Shown: positions 1-9,014 of the stretch, piece by piece
How the letters are laid out: each line of letters starts with the position of its first letter
How positions within the stretch are numbered: position 1 is the stretch's first letter
Assembly (NCBI GenBank): GCA_963665295.1
Contig: OY762209.1
Coordinates: 3,232,001 to 3,296,000, forward strand
Reading direction: 5' to 3'
DNA: 64,000 nucleotides
DNA from: Syntrophorhabdaceae bacterium
Lineage (GTDB): Bacteria; Desulfobacterota; Syntrophorhabdia; Syntrophorhabdales; Syntrophorhabdaceae
Made by a program: the position numbers and the translations under genes
The notes under the pieces: generated by a model
What the model was told of the DNA's origin: nothing
The model's database searches: none
The model's input: only the letters and a program-made list of their open reading frames with translations

Positions 1-1165
1 GGTAAAGCTCTTCATGGGGGAGATGAACCAGAACGAGAAGACCCTCGTCTTCTGTGCCACCCAGGATCACGCCCTTGCGGTCCGGGACCTCATCAATCAG
101 ATGAAGGCGAGCAAAGACCCCGACTACTGTCACAGGGTTACTGCGAATGACGGCGAACTGGGGGAACAGTACCTGCGGGATTTTCAGGACAACGAGAAGA
201 CCGTCCCCACGATCCTCACGACCTCACAGAAGCTCTCTACCGGAGTGGATGCCCGCAACATCCGAAACATCGTGCTCATGCGGCCCATCAATTCCATGAT
301 CGAGTTCAAACAGATCATCGGTCGCGGCACCCGGCTTTATGACGGGAAGGATTATTTCACCATTTATGATTTTGTGAAGGCCCACCATCATTTTAACGAT
401 CCCGAATGGGACGGCGAACCGATGGAGCCTGAAACCTGTCCTAAGTGCGGCTGTTACCCCTGCCGATGCGAGAAGAAGCCGCCGGAGCCCTGTCCTGTAT
501 GCGGCAAGCTCCCGTGTGAGTGCGAGAAAGAGCCCTGCCCCACCTGCGGACAGCGTCCCTGTGTATGCAAGAAAAGGGCGAAGGTGAAACTCGCCGACGG
601 CAAGGAAAGGAATATTCAACATATGATGTCCACCACCTTCTGGCACCCCGACGGCACGCCCATGTCCGCGCAGCAGTTCATGGAAATGCTCTTCGGCAAG
701 CTGCCCGGGTTTTTCAAGGACGAAGCAGAACTCCGGGCCATCTGGAGCGCCCCGGATACCCGCAAGAAGCTCCTGCAAGGCTTGACGGAAAAAGGGTTTG
801 GTCGCGAGCAACTGACAGAAATGCAAAAGATCATCGATGCCGAGAAGAGCGACCTCTTTGACGTGCTTGCGTATGTAGCATACGCCATGCCTCCACTGAC
901 CCGGGAAGAACGGGCAGGAAGGGCAAAGGTCATAATCAGCACCCACTTCAACACGAAGGAACAGGTCTTCCTCGACTTTGTTCTGTCTCATTATGTAAGC
1001 GTCGGAGTAGAAGAACTGGATCAGGAAAAGTTGACGCCCTTGTTAAAACTCAAGTATCATAACTCGATCACCGATGCTGTAGCTGACTTAGGTAGACCGG
1101 AGGAGATCAACAAGGTCTTCCTGGGATTCCAGAAATACCTGTACCAGCAGGTGGTGGCTGCATGA
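1..1165 (+). CDS. hsdR: Type I restriction enzyme R subunit (EcoAI/EcoEI-like), 3' part, open at the window edge
   Basis: Helicase motifs KTLVFC, LSTGVDA and QIIGRGTR, followed by an EcoEI_R_C-like tail; the linker contains three CPxCGxxPCxC repeats. Confidence 0.9.
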   Translation, partial: VKLFMGEMNQNEKTLVFCATQDHALAVRDLINQMKASKDPDYCHRVTANDGELGEQYLRDFQDNEKTVPTILTTSQKLSTGVDARNIRNIVLMRPINSMIEFKQIIGRGTRLYDGKDYFTIYDFVKAHHHFNDPEWDGEPMEPETCPKCGCYPCRCEKKPPEPCPVCGKLPCECEKEPCPTCGQRPCVCKKRAKVKLADGKERNIQHMMSTTFWHPDGTPMSAQQFMEMLFGKLPGFFKDEAELRAIWSAPDTRKKLLQGLTEKGFGREQLTEMQKIIDAEKSDLFDVLAYVAYAMPPLTREERAGRAKVIISTHFNTKEQVFLDFVLSHYVSVGVEELDQEKLTPLLKLKYHNSITDAVADLGRPEEINKVFLGFQKYLYQQVVAA

Positions 1166-1231
1166 GAAGAGGCAGGAGAACTTGACCGTTGAACTTACGC
1201 AGATGAGGCGGAGGCAATCATTGGGGGTGCC

Positions 1232-1474
1232 ATGAAAAGGACCCCCGTAAGAAACATGGTGCGAGCGGGGATTCCTGAGAAGGTCGCCACGAAGATATCA
1301 GGACACAAGACCAGGTCCGTCTTTGACAGGTACAACATAATGAACGAAGACGATCTGAAGCATGCCTGTGAGAGCGTGTCACGGCTTCACGAGGAGAGAA
1401 GGGAAGCAACCGAGCCGGCACAAGATGAGCACAACCCCGGTAACAACATGGTTATAGGAAATGTAGTCACATGA
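1232..1474 (+). pseudogene. Tyrosine recombinase/integrase C-terminal remnant
   Basis: [31 protein letters not shown] matches the box-II/catalytic Tyr end of phage-type integrases; the N-terminal domains are absent. Confidence 0.8.
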
Positions 1475-1513
1475 GGTGCTGAAAGATGTTACAGAAACTT
1501 CAATGATTTTAAT

Positions 1514-1555
1514 TGCGCCCAGCAGGAATCGAACCTGCAACCTTTGGATTCGTAG
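1514..1555 (-). mobile_element. att-like site: 3' half of tRNA-Arg(ACG)
   Basis: The minus strand reads CTACGAA TCCAA AGGTT GCAGG TTCGATT CCTGC TGGGCGC A (anticodon loop, T-arm, 3' acceptor strand); the 5' half is missing and the site lies next to the integrase remnant. Confidence 0.85.
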
Positions 1556-1858
1556 AGCAAAAAAGACAAATACCCAAGTCCTTGATATCAGGTCTGATTT
1601 CCCACAACATACTGATATCAGGAATATTGCCGCTTTTCATATAATCCATTCTATTCCATCTAATCCGATCTTTTCCATTCTTTTTTATCACAATTCTATC
1701 ACAATGTTGTTGTCAGCACCTCCAACCCACGACTTCATTTTTTAGCGTAAAATCTATTATCGTGTGATGATGGATGGGAGCGGGCAGGTCACAGTTCGAC
1801 AAACCGGAAAAGAGTGAACCATAAACCCGGAAAAGCTTTCTCGAAGACATACTGCCAC

Positions 1859-2161
1859 TTACGGCTGCGAAAGGCTAGACCGCGTAAGCGGCTTTACATG
1901 AATCGGATTAGCCGATTTGCGGACTTGGGCAAGATCGTATACTCCCTGAAGCTGTAGCCAGCTTTCAGGGCTGCGGCCGAATGCCTGCGACAGTCTGAGG
2001 GCCATTTCGGGAGAAATGCCCGCATGCCCGTTCAGCAGCATCGAAAGGGTCTTGCGGGTCACGCCAAGGCCCTCGGCGGCCTTCGTAACGGTCAAGCCAA
2101 GAGGTGCGACGCGCAAGACCCCTATGATTTCTCCTGGATGTGGAGGATTCTTCATAGGCAT
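1859..2161 (-). CDS. higA: HigA family antitoxin (HTH)
   Basis: MKNPPHPGE...[18 protein letters not shown]...[23 protein letters not shown]. Confidence 0.9.
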   Translation of the reverse strand: MPMKNPPHPGEIIGVLRVAPLGLTVTKAAEGLGVTRKTLSMLLNGHAGISPEMALRLSQAFGRSPESWLQLQGVYDLAQVRKSANPIHVKPLTRSSLSQP

Positions 2162-2232
2162 AATTTCTAACTCCTTAGGTCGTAGTCAATCAAATCAACA
2201 ATGTTCCCCAAAAAAGCTTTCTTTATAAGCCC

Positions 2233-2622
2233 CTAAAGTTTAATGACCTGGACGCCCCTTTTCACGTACCTTTCCATATGAGAGTCGGTCGTGTAGATTG
2301 TTTGTGAACCATTTGAAAGGAATCCTGCCAGGATTAGCGAATCAACAGCGGGTATTCCCAGTCCGTGAGAGAGACCGGCAGCGACCTTATGTATCTCCAC
2401 GTTGTCGAGCCAGGAAATGCGAGAAAGGGACACTATATTATCGATCAGTTCAGTTACCGCGTCTTCCTCTAAAGCTCCCTTGAAGGACAGTCTTTTAAGC
2501 TCAAAGATCGTGAGACACGAAACACACAAATCGATATCATCGTCGATTTTTTCGAAAAACTCGGTGGCTTTGCGATCCCCTTTTAATAGCTTAACGAAGA
2601 ATCCGGTATCAAGTCCGGTCAT
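2233..2622 (-). CDS. vapC: PIN-domain toxin (VapC family)
   Basis: LDTGFFV, acidic PIN residues, DSLILA, YTTD; 129 aa. Confidence 0.85.
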   Translation of the reverse strand: MTGLDTGFFVKLLKGDRKATEFFEKIDDDIDLCVSCLTIFELKRLSFKGALEEDAVTELIDNIVSLSRISWLDNVEIHKVAAGLSHGLGIPAVDSLILAGFLSNGSQTIYTTDSHMERYVKRGVQVIKL

Positions 2623-2842
2623 CCTCGGACCTTATCTCATCGAGCATCTTGAGGGCGTTTTTGTCTACTTTTACCCGGCCGACCATTTGTAATATGGCGT
2701 CCCTCGCAGCCCTTTTCTTCTTGTCTTTTATGCCGTGCTCAATAAATTCTGTGACTAGGGATGACACCGACTTTCGTTCTTTGTCGGCGTGTATTTTTAG
2801 ATCATGAACTACCCCATCAGGAACATTTACCGTGACTCTCAT
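2609..2842 (-). CDS. Ribbon-helix-helix antitoxin (VapB-like)
   Basis: MRVTVNVPD...SVSSLVTEFIE RHH pattern; overlaps the start of the PIN gene. Confidence 0.75.
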   Translation of the reverse strand: MRVTVNVPDGVVHDLKIHADKERKSVSSLVTEFIEHGIKDKKKRAARDAILQMVGRVKVDKNALKMLDEIRSEDDRT

Positions 2843-3111
2843 GATTACTTTCTCCTTTGATACGCATAACAATTAACATAATTATAGCTCATAATGAAGT
2901 TAAGTCAAGAAATATTTATGAGACCGTGTCTGGTCGTTTAAGATTTATTATCGTAGGGCCTTGAGGACGGATAAACCGGCGCTAGCCGGCGAGCGCTCAT
3001 GACCTCGCTAAAGCGCTCAGTGCATACCACCTTGAGTGCCCTTCCTTTTTTTACCGGATTCAACGGCTAAGGAAGGGAAGGGGGACCCCAAAGGCCCCCT
3101 GGGATTTGGGG

Positions 3112-3960
3112 TCATGAATCCGATATGTTTAAGATATAATTCGCTGCCTTCTGCGCCTGTGCAGCGGCGAGAATGACAAGCTTTTTGTCATTCCTGAGTT
3201 TTGAGAGCCATCCCTGTATGTAGCTCGCTGAATTATCAATCGTGGCGTATTCAATGCCGGTGAAACCGCAGAGGAAAGCGGCACCCATTTCGGCCACAAG
3301 CTCTTCCTTCGAATAGCAGGGTGTTCCGAAGGGAGCAATTTCTGTGATCCCTTGCCGGTTCAATCTCTTTTCATGACCTGTGGCGTGGGTTGCTTCATGA
3401 AATAAGGTAGAATAGAATTCTTCAGAGCTTATAAAGGTTTCTATCTGAGGCATGTTGATAAAGTCGGCGCTTGGGCGGTAATATGCCTGCTGCTGGGTGT
3501 GCCTGATCTCGGGCTTGTCTTTCCAGTTGTCTATAATAGCCTCACACCGCGTGATTCTGTCGATCTGGCTGGTTGCTATCTCCGGGACCGGCGGTACCTT
3601 CTCTGCGGGCATATTCTCACACTGGGCCACATTAAAGACCGTGTAATAGCGCAAGAAGGGAACTTTCTTGTCTATCTCGCCGTCTTTTTCGATCTCCAGC
3701 CAGTTCCAGTACACGACGGGTGTTCCCCTGGAGCCCTTTCTGACGGTTCCGCTCAAGTCGCTGCACTGCTTGAAGGTAAGCCAGTACGGGGACGCATATT
3801 GCTGACAGCCAAGGATAAAGGCATTGATGCCCTGGTACTCTTTCTTTGAAACAAGGTTCCTGGGCATTGAGCCCTGAGTGTTCCATGGTTTCTGCCAGGG
3901 GATAACCCCCTCTTCCAGTTTCTTCATGATAAGGTTGGTGATGATCTCATACACTTTCAT
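3112..3960 (-). CDS. ardC: ArdC family ssDNA-binding antirestriction protein (zincin-like domain)
   Basis: IPWQKPW, Y.GIN, WLTFKQ, YTVFNVAQ, TLFHEATHATGH..RL.R, YSKEELVAEMGAAFL. Confidence 0.9.
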   Translation of the reverse strand: MKVYEIITNLIMKKLEEGVIPWQKPWNTQGSMPRNLVSKKEYQGINAFILGCQQYASPYWLTFKQCSDLSGTVRKGSRGTPVVYWNWLEIEKDGEIDKKVPFLRYYTVFNVAQCENMPAEKVPPVPEIATSQIDRITRCEAIIDNWKDKPEIRHTQQQAYYRPSADFINMPQIETFISSEEFYSTLFHEATHATGHEKRLNRQGITEIAPFGTPCYSKEELVAEMGAAFLCGFTGIEYATIDNSASYIQGWLSKLRNDKKLVILAAAQAQKAANYILNISDS

Positions 3961-4370
3961 ATTGCCCCCTCTTCCTTGAAGGAATAGAAGGCGTCGCCGC
4001 TTCCGATGATGATGTGGTCGAGTACCTCGATGCCGACAATCTTTCCTGCATCGACGAGCTTTCTTGTAACCGTCACATCCTCCTTGGAGGGCTTTGCATC
4101 TCCTGAGGGGTGGTTATGGGCGAGGATTAAAGATGATACCGCCTTGAAGATGGAAAACCGGAAGACTTCACGGGGATGGACAAGGGATGAGTTGAGAATG
4201 CCGAGGCTCACAAGATCGATATACTGTATGGCATTGTGTGTATTAAGCCCAATGACCCAGAAATGCTCTTTCATCCGGTCAACCTCATTCTCGGACTCCA
4301 GCACCTTCGAGAGGATCGCATACACTGACTTAGGACCATCTACCTTCTGACTACTTGCTTTCACTATCAT
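3957..4370 (-). CDS. radC: RadC-like JAB-domain protein (short, mobile-element type)
   Basis: VHPREVF, LAHNHPSGD..PS.ED, VLDHIIIG; probable start ATG 4370 after a GGAGG SD. Confidence 0.9.
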   Translation of the reverse strand: MIVKASSQKVDGPKSVYAILSKVLESENEVDRMKEHFWVIGLNTHNAIQYIDLVSLGILNSSLVHPREVFRFSIFKAVSSLILAHNHPSGDAKPSKEDVTVTRKLVDAGKIVGIEVLDHIIIGSGDAFYSFKEEGAI

Positions 4371-4404
4371 CGTTCCCTCCTCCTTTGTGATTTGGGGCCT
4401 ATTA

Positions 4405-4679
4405 CCCCTTAAAAAACTTTTTTTCCCTTCACAAAGCCTGAGGGAAAAAAGAAGAAGGAAAGACCGGAATTCGATAGCTGCCTCCCCTGCACGCGGACAT
4501 GACGGATACCTCCGGCGTGCCGTGTGCAAAGAGGCAAACCACAAAAGGAGCGACAGAAGTACGCTGTGATGAGATGGGGCGGGTTGAGCGCAGGAGAAAA
4601 GTACCCCTTGGTCTGGAAGGACGGGGATATTTTCCACCGTAAGTGCGGATTGGTGACATACGCTCAAAGAGTGACCGCT
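4405..4679. repeat. Structured ~275-bp upstream repeat, copy 1
   Basis: 4405-4555 matches 50324-50474 at 149/151 nt by eye; the distal part diverges but keeps its pairing. Confidence 0.9.
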
Positions 4680-5056
4680 GCAAATCCTTGACACGTAACG
4701 ATAGTATACACCATGTGTGCAGATCTTGCTTCCATAGGGGTTCGCACAACGGGCAGGCTATCTGCCTGATAAGTATATATCCACCATATATTCCCGAGGA
4801 GGTATTTAATCCGGTTGCATTCGAGTACATCATACTTCCCAAAACGAATTCAAAATGGGAAATTTGCGACCCCGTTCACCTCTGCAAAATGGGAATTTTA
4901 GCCCTTTCACTCCCTCTGACGGCCCATTTCCTTCGATAACGTACAATATTCTTCCCACTTTGCTCCTTTGAGCAGAAGCAAAAAGATTGCAAAACACTCC
5001 CGTGTTGTGACACTATAAGCAAGTAAGAAAGCTGCATCATAGGAGAAGGAGAGCCC

Positions 5057-5650
5057 ATGGCCCACAAGTTTGACGCCCGCAACATGGAGAAGCTGGATGA
5101 CGCAAGGAGGGCCGAGATTCTGCCCCCTCGGGACGCGCTCCTGGAGACCGGCCTGAAGCCCGGCCAGACGTTTCTGGATGTCGGCGCCGGTACGGGAAAC
5201 TTCGCCTTTTCCGCGTGTGAGATAGTCGGAGAAAAGGGACGGGTAATCGCGGTCGATATCTCGGACAAAATGGTCGCGGAGCTTAAGAGAAGGGCATCTC
5301 TCAGGGGTTTCCGTAACATAGAAATCAGGGAATCAGGGGAATATGATTCTCCGGTCGAAGACGGAACGATAGATATGGCGCTTTTGTCCCTGGTCCTCCA
5401 CGAGATCGACGACAAGGCCCGCTTTCTTGGCATATTGGAAAAGACCCTCGCCCGCGGAGGGAGACTCTGTGTGATAGAATGGGAGAAGAAGGCCATGAAC
5501 ATGGGGCCTCCTGTGGAAGAGCGGCTCGACCCCGGGGAGATAACGGAGCTGCTCGCAAAGGTCGGTCTTACAACTGTTATGGAGAGGAAATATGGCGATC
5601 TCTTCTACTGTGTCACGGCGGTAAAGGGCAAAGATGGGGGCTTGGCGTAG
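5057..5650 (+). CDS. Class I SAM-dependent methyltransferase
   Basis: FLDVGAGTG motif I, AVDIS. Confidence 0.85.
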   Translation: MAHKFDARNMEKLDDARRAEILPPRDALLETGLKPGQTFLDVGAGTGNFAFSACEIVGEKGRVIAVDISDKMVAELKRRASLRGFRNIEIRESGEYDSPVEDGTIDMALLSLVLHEIDDKARFLGILEKTLARGGRLCVIEWEKKAMNMGPPVEERLDPGEITELLAKVGLTTVMERKYGDLFYCVTAVKGKDGGLA

Positions 5651-5698
5651 AATACCGGCGCCCGCGGAGGGCGGCATTCCGATGAGCCCCACGGCAGC

Positions 5699-5986
5699 GT
5701 GATGGAAATCAGGCTTGAGCCGGACCTTTCCCATTGCGTGGAAACCCGCGCAAAAGAGCGATACGAAAAAGTGTTGAGCGCGCTCCTTAAGGCAAGCGAG
5801 GAGGATGCCGGGCTTGCTGACGAACTGGAGCTGCTGAGGCTCTTCCTGGAATCTGCCGATTTCGGCCGGCTGAGGAACTGGTGCGATGAATTTTTCCTTG
5901 CCGGCAGACCGGTCGAGTGCATCCTGAGAAGCGCTCATGACCCCCCCGGCTATGAGATAGAGATTACACCCCAAGACGATGGGTGA
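5699..5986 (+). CDS. Hypothetical protein
   Basis: 95-aa ORF co-oriented between the methyltransferase and the radical SAM gene. Confidence 0.55.
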   Translation: MMEIRLEPDLSHCVETRAKERYEKVLSALLKASEEDAGLADELELLRLFLESADFGRLRNWCDEFFLAGRPVECILRSAHDPPGYEIEITPQDDG

Positions 5987-6098
5987 AGATTACAGGAAAT
6001 GAACAGATTGCCTGGTCCGCCGGGGTCTCGATAAAGAACACAGCTGCAGACGACGTTCGGGAACAGCCGGTGTATAATCTGAAAATGAAAGGGTTCAT

Positions 6099-7100
6099 AT
6101 GGAAATTCATGATCTGATGAAGAAATCACGAAACGGGGAGCAATTGAGCCGGGAGGACCTGATATGGTCTCTCTCTTTGCCGCCTGATTCCCCCGAAACC
6201 TACTTGCTCATGGCCGAAGCCAACCGTATATCGAAGGAACTGACAGGGAACAGGGCGGAGGTGCATGCACAGTTGGCCCTCAACCTGGCCCCGTGCTCGT
6301 GCAACTGCCTCTTCTGTTCCTTTGCGCAGAAGAACGGCGTCTTTACCGAAGAAACGCGCCTGACGCCGGAGGAGGCGGTGGCTTATGCGCTTCAGTTCGA
6401 AAGAGATGGCGCCAATGCTGTATTTGTGATGACGACGGCCCAATACCCCTTTGGGCTGTTCCTGGAGATATCTCAGGATATCCGCAGGAACCTCAAAAGC
6501 GAGACGGTTCTTATCGCCAACGTGGGTGACCAGGCCCCGGGCAATGCGAAGAAAATAAAGGAGGCGGGGTACACGGGCGTGTACCACGCGCTCAGGCTCA
6601 GGGAAGGCGTTGACTCAGGGCTGGACCCGAAGAAGAGGAAGGAGAGCATCCGCAATTTTGAAGAAGCGGGATTAAGGATAGGAACCTGTGTGGAGCCCGT
6701 CGGCCCGGAACATACCAACGAAGAATTGGCTGACCTCATTCTCTTCACGGCCTCCCTCAATCCCGCCTATAGCGGCGCAGCGCGGCGCATTCCGATTCCG
6801 GGGACCGCCATCGCAGCGAGGGGGACAATCATTGAGCTGCGCATGGCCCAGATCGCGGCGGTCACGCGGCTCGCGATGCCGGGAACGGTTCCCGGCAATT
6901 GCACTCATGAGCCCTGCACGCTGGGAGGCCTTGCCGGAGCGAACCTTTTCTGGGCGGAAGTCGGCGCTAACCCGAGAGACACAAAGGAGAAAACGGAAGA
7001 GGGCAGGGGAGAGACCGTGGGGTCATGCCGTAAGATATTCTCGGAGTGCGGCTGGGGTGTCTACGAGGGACCTTCCCGCTATTACGGCGGGCATTCATGA
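6099..7100 (+). CDS. Radical SAM protein, biotin-synthase-like fold
   Basis: CSCNCLFC (CxxxCxxC), IPIPGT. Confidence 0.85.
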   Translation: MEIHDLMKKSRNGEQLSREDLIWSLSLPPDSPETYLLMAEANRISKELTGNRAEVHAQLALNLAPCSCNCLFCSFAQKNGVFTEETRLTPEEAVAYALQFERDGANAVFVMTTAQYPFGLFLEISQDIRRNLKSETVLIANVGDQAPGNAKKIKEAGYTGVYHALRLREGVDSGLDPKKRKESIRNFEEAGLRIGTCVEPVGPEHTNEELADLILFTASLNPAYSGAARRIPIPGTAIAARGTIIELRMAQIAAVTRLAMPGTVPGNCTHEPCTLGGLAGANLFWAEVGANPRDTKEKTEEGRGETVGSCRKIFSECGWGVYEGPSRYYGGHS

Positions 7101-7136
7101 CGGGATATCGGGCACGAACAGAAAGTCACCAGTTTG

Positions 7137-7601
7137 TCATTCACTGCCTTCCGGTTTGGGTCTTTCCTCCTTGCCTTCGAACCACCCTTCCGTTGCATCG
7201 GGGAAGCAATCAAAGCGGGTGACATATGGTTTGATATCGATGATGGGCGTTAAGTCCAGGGTGTCTATCCCACTCACGTGCAGGATGGCCTTTTCCCGTC
7301 CCAGCAGGCGAACGATCGTGAGACCTACACCGTTTGGCCTGCCGGGATGGCGCGACGCGAATATTCCATGAGGAGTATCGTCGAGAAGGGTCGGACGGAC
7401 AAGTTGAATAGGCCCTGGCCGATCAAAAATGTAGATGAGAATGATATGTGAAAACCCTTCGATATCCTTCAGACCTTCTTCGTATTCAGGGAATACTTCG
7501 ATCCACCCCACCCCTTCCGGCCGAAACGCGCCCTGGATAGGGGCTTCCGCCTTTTTGGCGTATGGGGAATGGATGAGACCTATAGGTTTTATTTCAATCA
7601 T
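7137..7601 (-). CDS. tsaA: TrmO/TsaA family tRNA m6t6A37 methyltransferase
   Basis: IKPIGLIHSPY, GLKDIEGFSH, GIFASRHP.RPN, TPIIDIKPY; start ATG 7601. Confidence 0.85.
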   Translation of the reverse strand: MIEIKPIGLIHSPYAKKAEAPIQGAFRPEGVGWIEVFPEYEEGLKDIEGFSHIILIYIFDRPGPIQLVRPTLLDDTPHGIFASRHPGRPNGVGLTIVRLLGREKAILHVSGIDTLDLTPIIDIKPYVTRFDCFPDATEGWFEGKEERPKPEGSE

Positions 7602-7843
7602 TCTTAAGTTCTGTCTCTGATCGGTCAGGAGCCCGGGAACTTTTCGTAGCGGTAGTTCCGATGCTGCCTGCCCCCGACTACATTGAATATCATCCGCCAT
7701 ACCGCGAAGTCAAGCTCTGCTTTCACTCGACTTTCCTTAAACCCTGATCTCTACCCCGCTTCCCTCCGGAAAGGAAAGGATAACAAAATACCTCCTTTGG
7801 ATGATCTGCTCAACTGCGAATTTCATTTTTTGTTTTTTTCTGC

Positions 7844-7900
7844 TTGACAATTGATAGAAGTGAATATATATTCATAAGAGTGAAGTGAATATATATTCAC
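7844..7900 (+). promoter_or_regulatory. Sigma70-type -35 element with two tandem palindromic operators
   Basis: TTGACA at 7844; TGAATATATATTCA at 7861-7874 and 7886-7899. Confidence 0.65.
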
Positions 7901-7944
7901 TATAGAGTCCCGCAGGAAGAAAGAAGGAGATTGGTGAGCGCATA

Positions 7945-8706
7945 ATGACGAGGCCTAACAATCCCAGAAGAGTAGGGTTTCTCGCACAAGTGATATATTT
8001 CAAGCCCGCCGGCGTCAAGATGACGGATTTGGAAGAAATAGTGCTAGGAAATGATGAACTTGAAGCTGTGCGTTTAAAGGACCTACTTGGCATGCCCCAG
8101 GAGGAGGCTGCCAAGGAGATGGGCATCTCTCAGCCCACGTTCCATCGCCTCATTCTCATGGCAAGGCAGAAAATCGCGGATGCCTTCGTAAATGGAAAGG
8201 CAATCCGGATAGACGGCGGCAATATCCATGTGGATGACGACTTCTCTCAGCCCTGTCATTGGAGAAAGCGATGGGGGTGCAAAGCAAAAGCAGGGTCCGA
8301 CGATGAGGTAGATGATACCCCTACAAGAACAAAAGGAGGCAAGATTATGAATATAGCGATTACAAGCACGGATGGAACCCTCGACGGAATGGTGGACGAA
8401 CGCTTCGGGCGAAGCAAGAAAATAGTCCTTTTCAACAACGGAAAACAGTCCTTCGAGGTCGTTGACAATATGGTGAACATGAATGCAGCTCAGGGTGCGG
8501 GTATCCAGACTGCGCAGAATGTGGCGAAAACAGAGGCTCAGGTCGTAATCAGCGGCCATCTCGGGCCAAATGCCTTCCGCGTCTTACAAGCGGCAGGCAT
8601 AGAGGCCTACACGGCGTCGAACATGACGGTGAAGGAAGCCCTGGCGAAACTTGGGGAAGGGACGCTTGCGAAACTCTCCGGCGCCGACGTAGAGGGGCAC
8701 TGGTAA
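7945..8706 (+). CDS. DUF134 HTH domain fused to a NifB/NifX-like (ORP-type) domain
   Basis: YFKPAG..ELEAVRL.D..GM.QEEAA..MGISQPTF, then IAITS..RFGRS..GAGIQTAQ..GHLGPNAF. Confidence 0.85.
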   Translation: MTRPNNPRRVGFLAQVIYFKPAGVKMTDLEEIVLGNDELEAVRLKDLLGMPQEEAAKEMGISQPTFHRLILMARQKIADAFVNGKAIRIDGGNIHVDDDFSQPCHWRKRWGCKAKAGSDDEVDDTPTRTKGGKIMNIAITSTDGTLDGMVDERFGRSKKIVLFNNGKQSFEVVDNMVNMNAAQGAGIQTAQNVAKTEAQVVISGHLGPNAFRVLQAAGIEAYTASNMTVKEALAKLGEGTLAKLSGADVEGHW

Positions 8707-8723
8707 AAAAGGAGGTATTAATC

Positions 8724-8999
8724 ATGCCAAGAGGTGACGGAACGGGACCAACAGGGGTCGGACCTAAAGTGGCTCGAAATGAAGGAGAGAACAAAGGGGC
8801 AAAGCAGAAAGGCCTCCGAGGTACAGGGGCAGGCCCATGTGCAGGTGCGGGAAACAGAGGGAGAATGGCGGGCAGGAGCTGCGGTCAGCCGGGAGAGTGC
8901 GTATGCCCTCAATGTGGAACAAAAGCGCCTCATGAGCAGGGCATTCCTTGCCTGCAGATGAAATGTCCTCAATGCGGTACGTCCATGGTACGGGCGTAA
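8724..8999 (+). CDS. Small Gly-rich (DUF5320-like) protein with Cys-rich zinc ribbon
   Basis: MPRGDGTGP.G; CVCPQCG...PC...CPQCG. Confidence 0.75.
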   Translation: MPRGDGTGPTGVGPKVARNEGENKGAKQKGLRGTGAGPCAGAGNRGRMAGRSCGQPGECVCPQCGTKAPHEQGIPCLQMKCPQCGTSMVRA

Positions 9000-9014
9000 G
9001 ATGAAGGCGAGTTT

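Noticed and set aside
1514..1590. Complete tRNA-Arg gene
   Set aside because: The D-arm, 5' acceptor strand and 5' anticodon stem are absent; only the 3' half is present.
4371..4694. N-terminal extension of RadC, and ORFs 50284-50577, 50328-50585 and 4429-4842
   Set aside because: These are translations of the non-coding repeat; the real starts have SD sequences at 4370 and 50291.
6099..7100. True biotin synthase BioB
   Set aside because: Only the general fold matches; the YNHNL motif is absent and there are no bio genes nearby.
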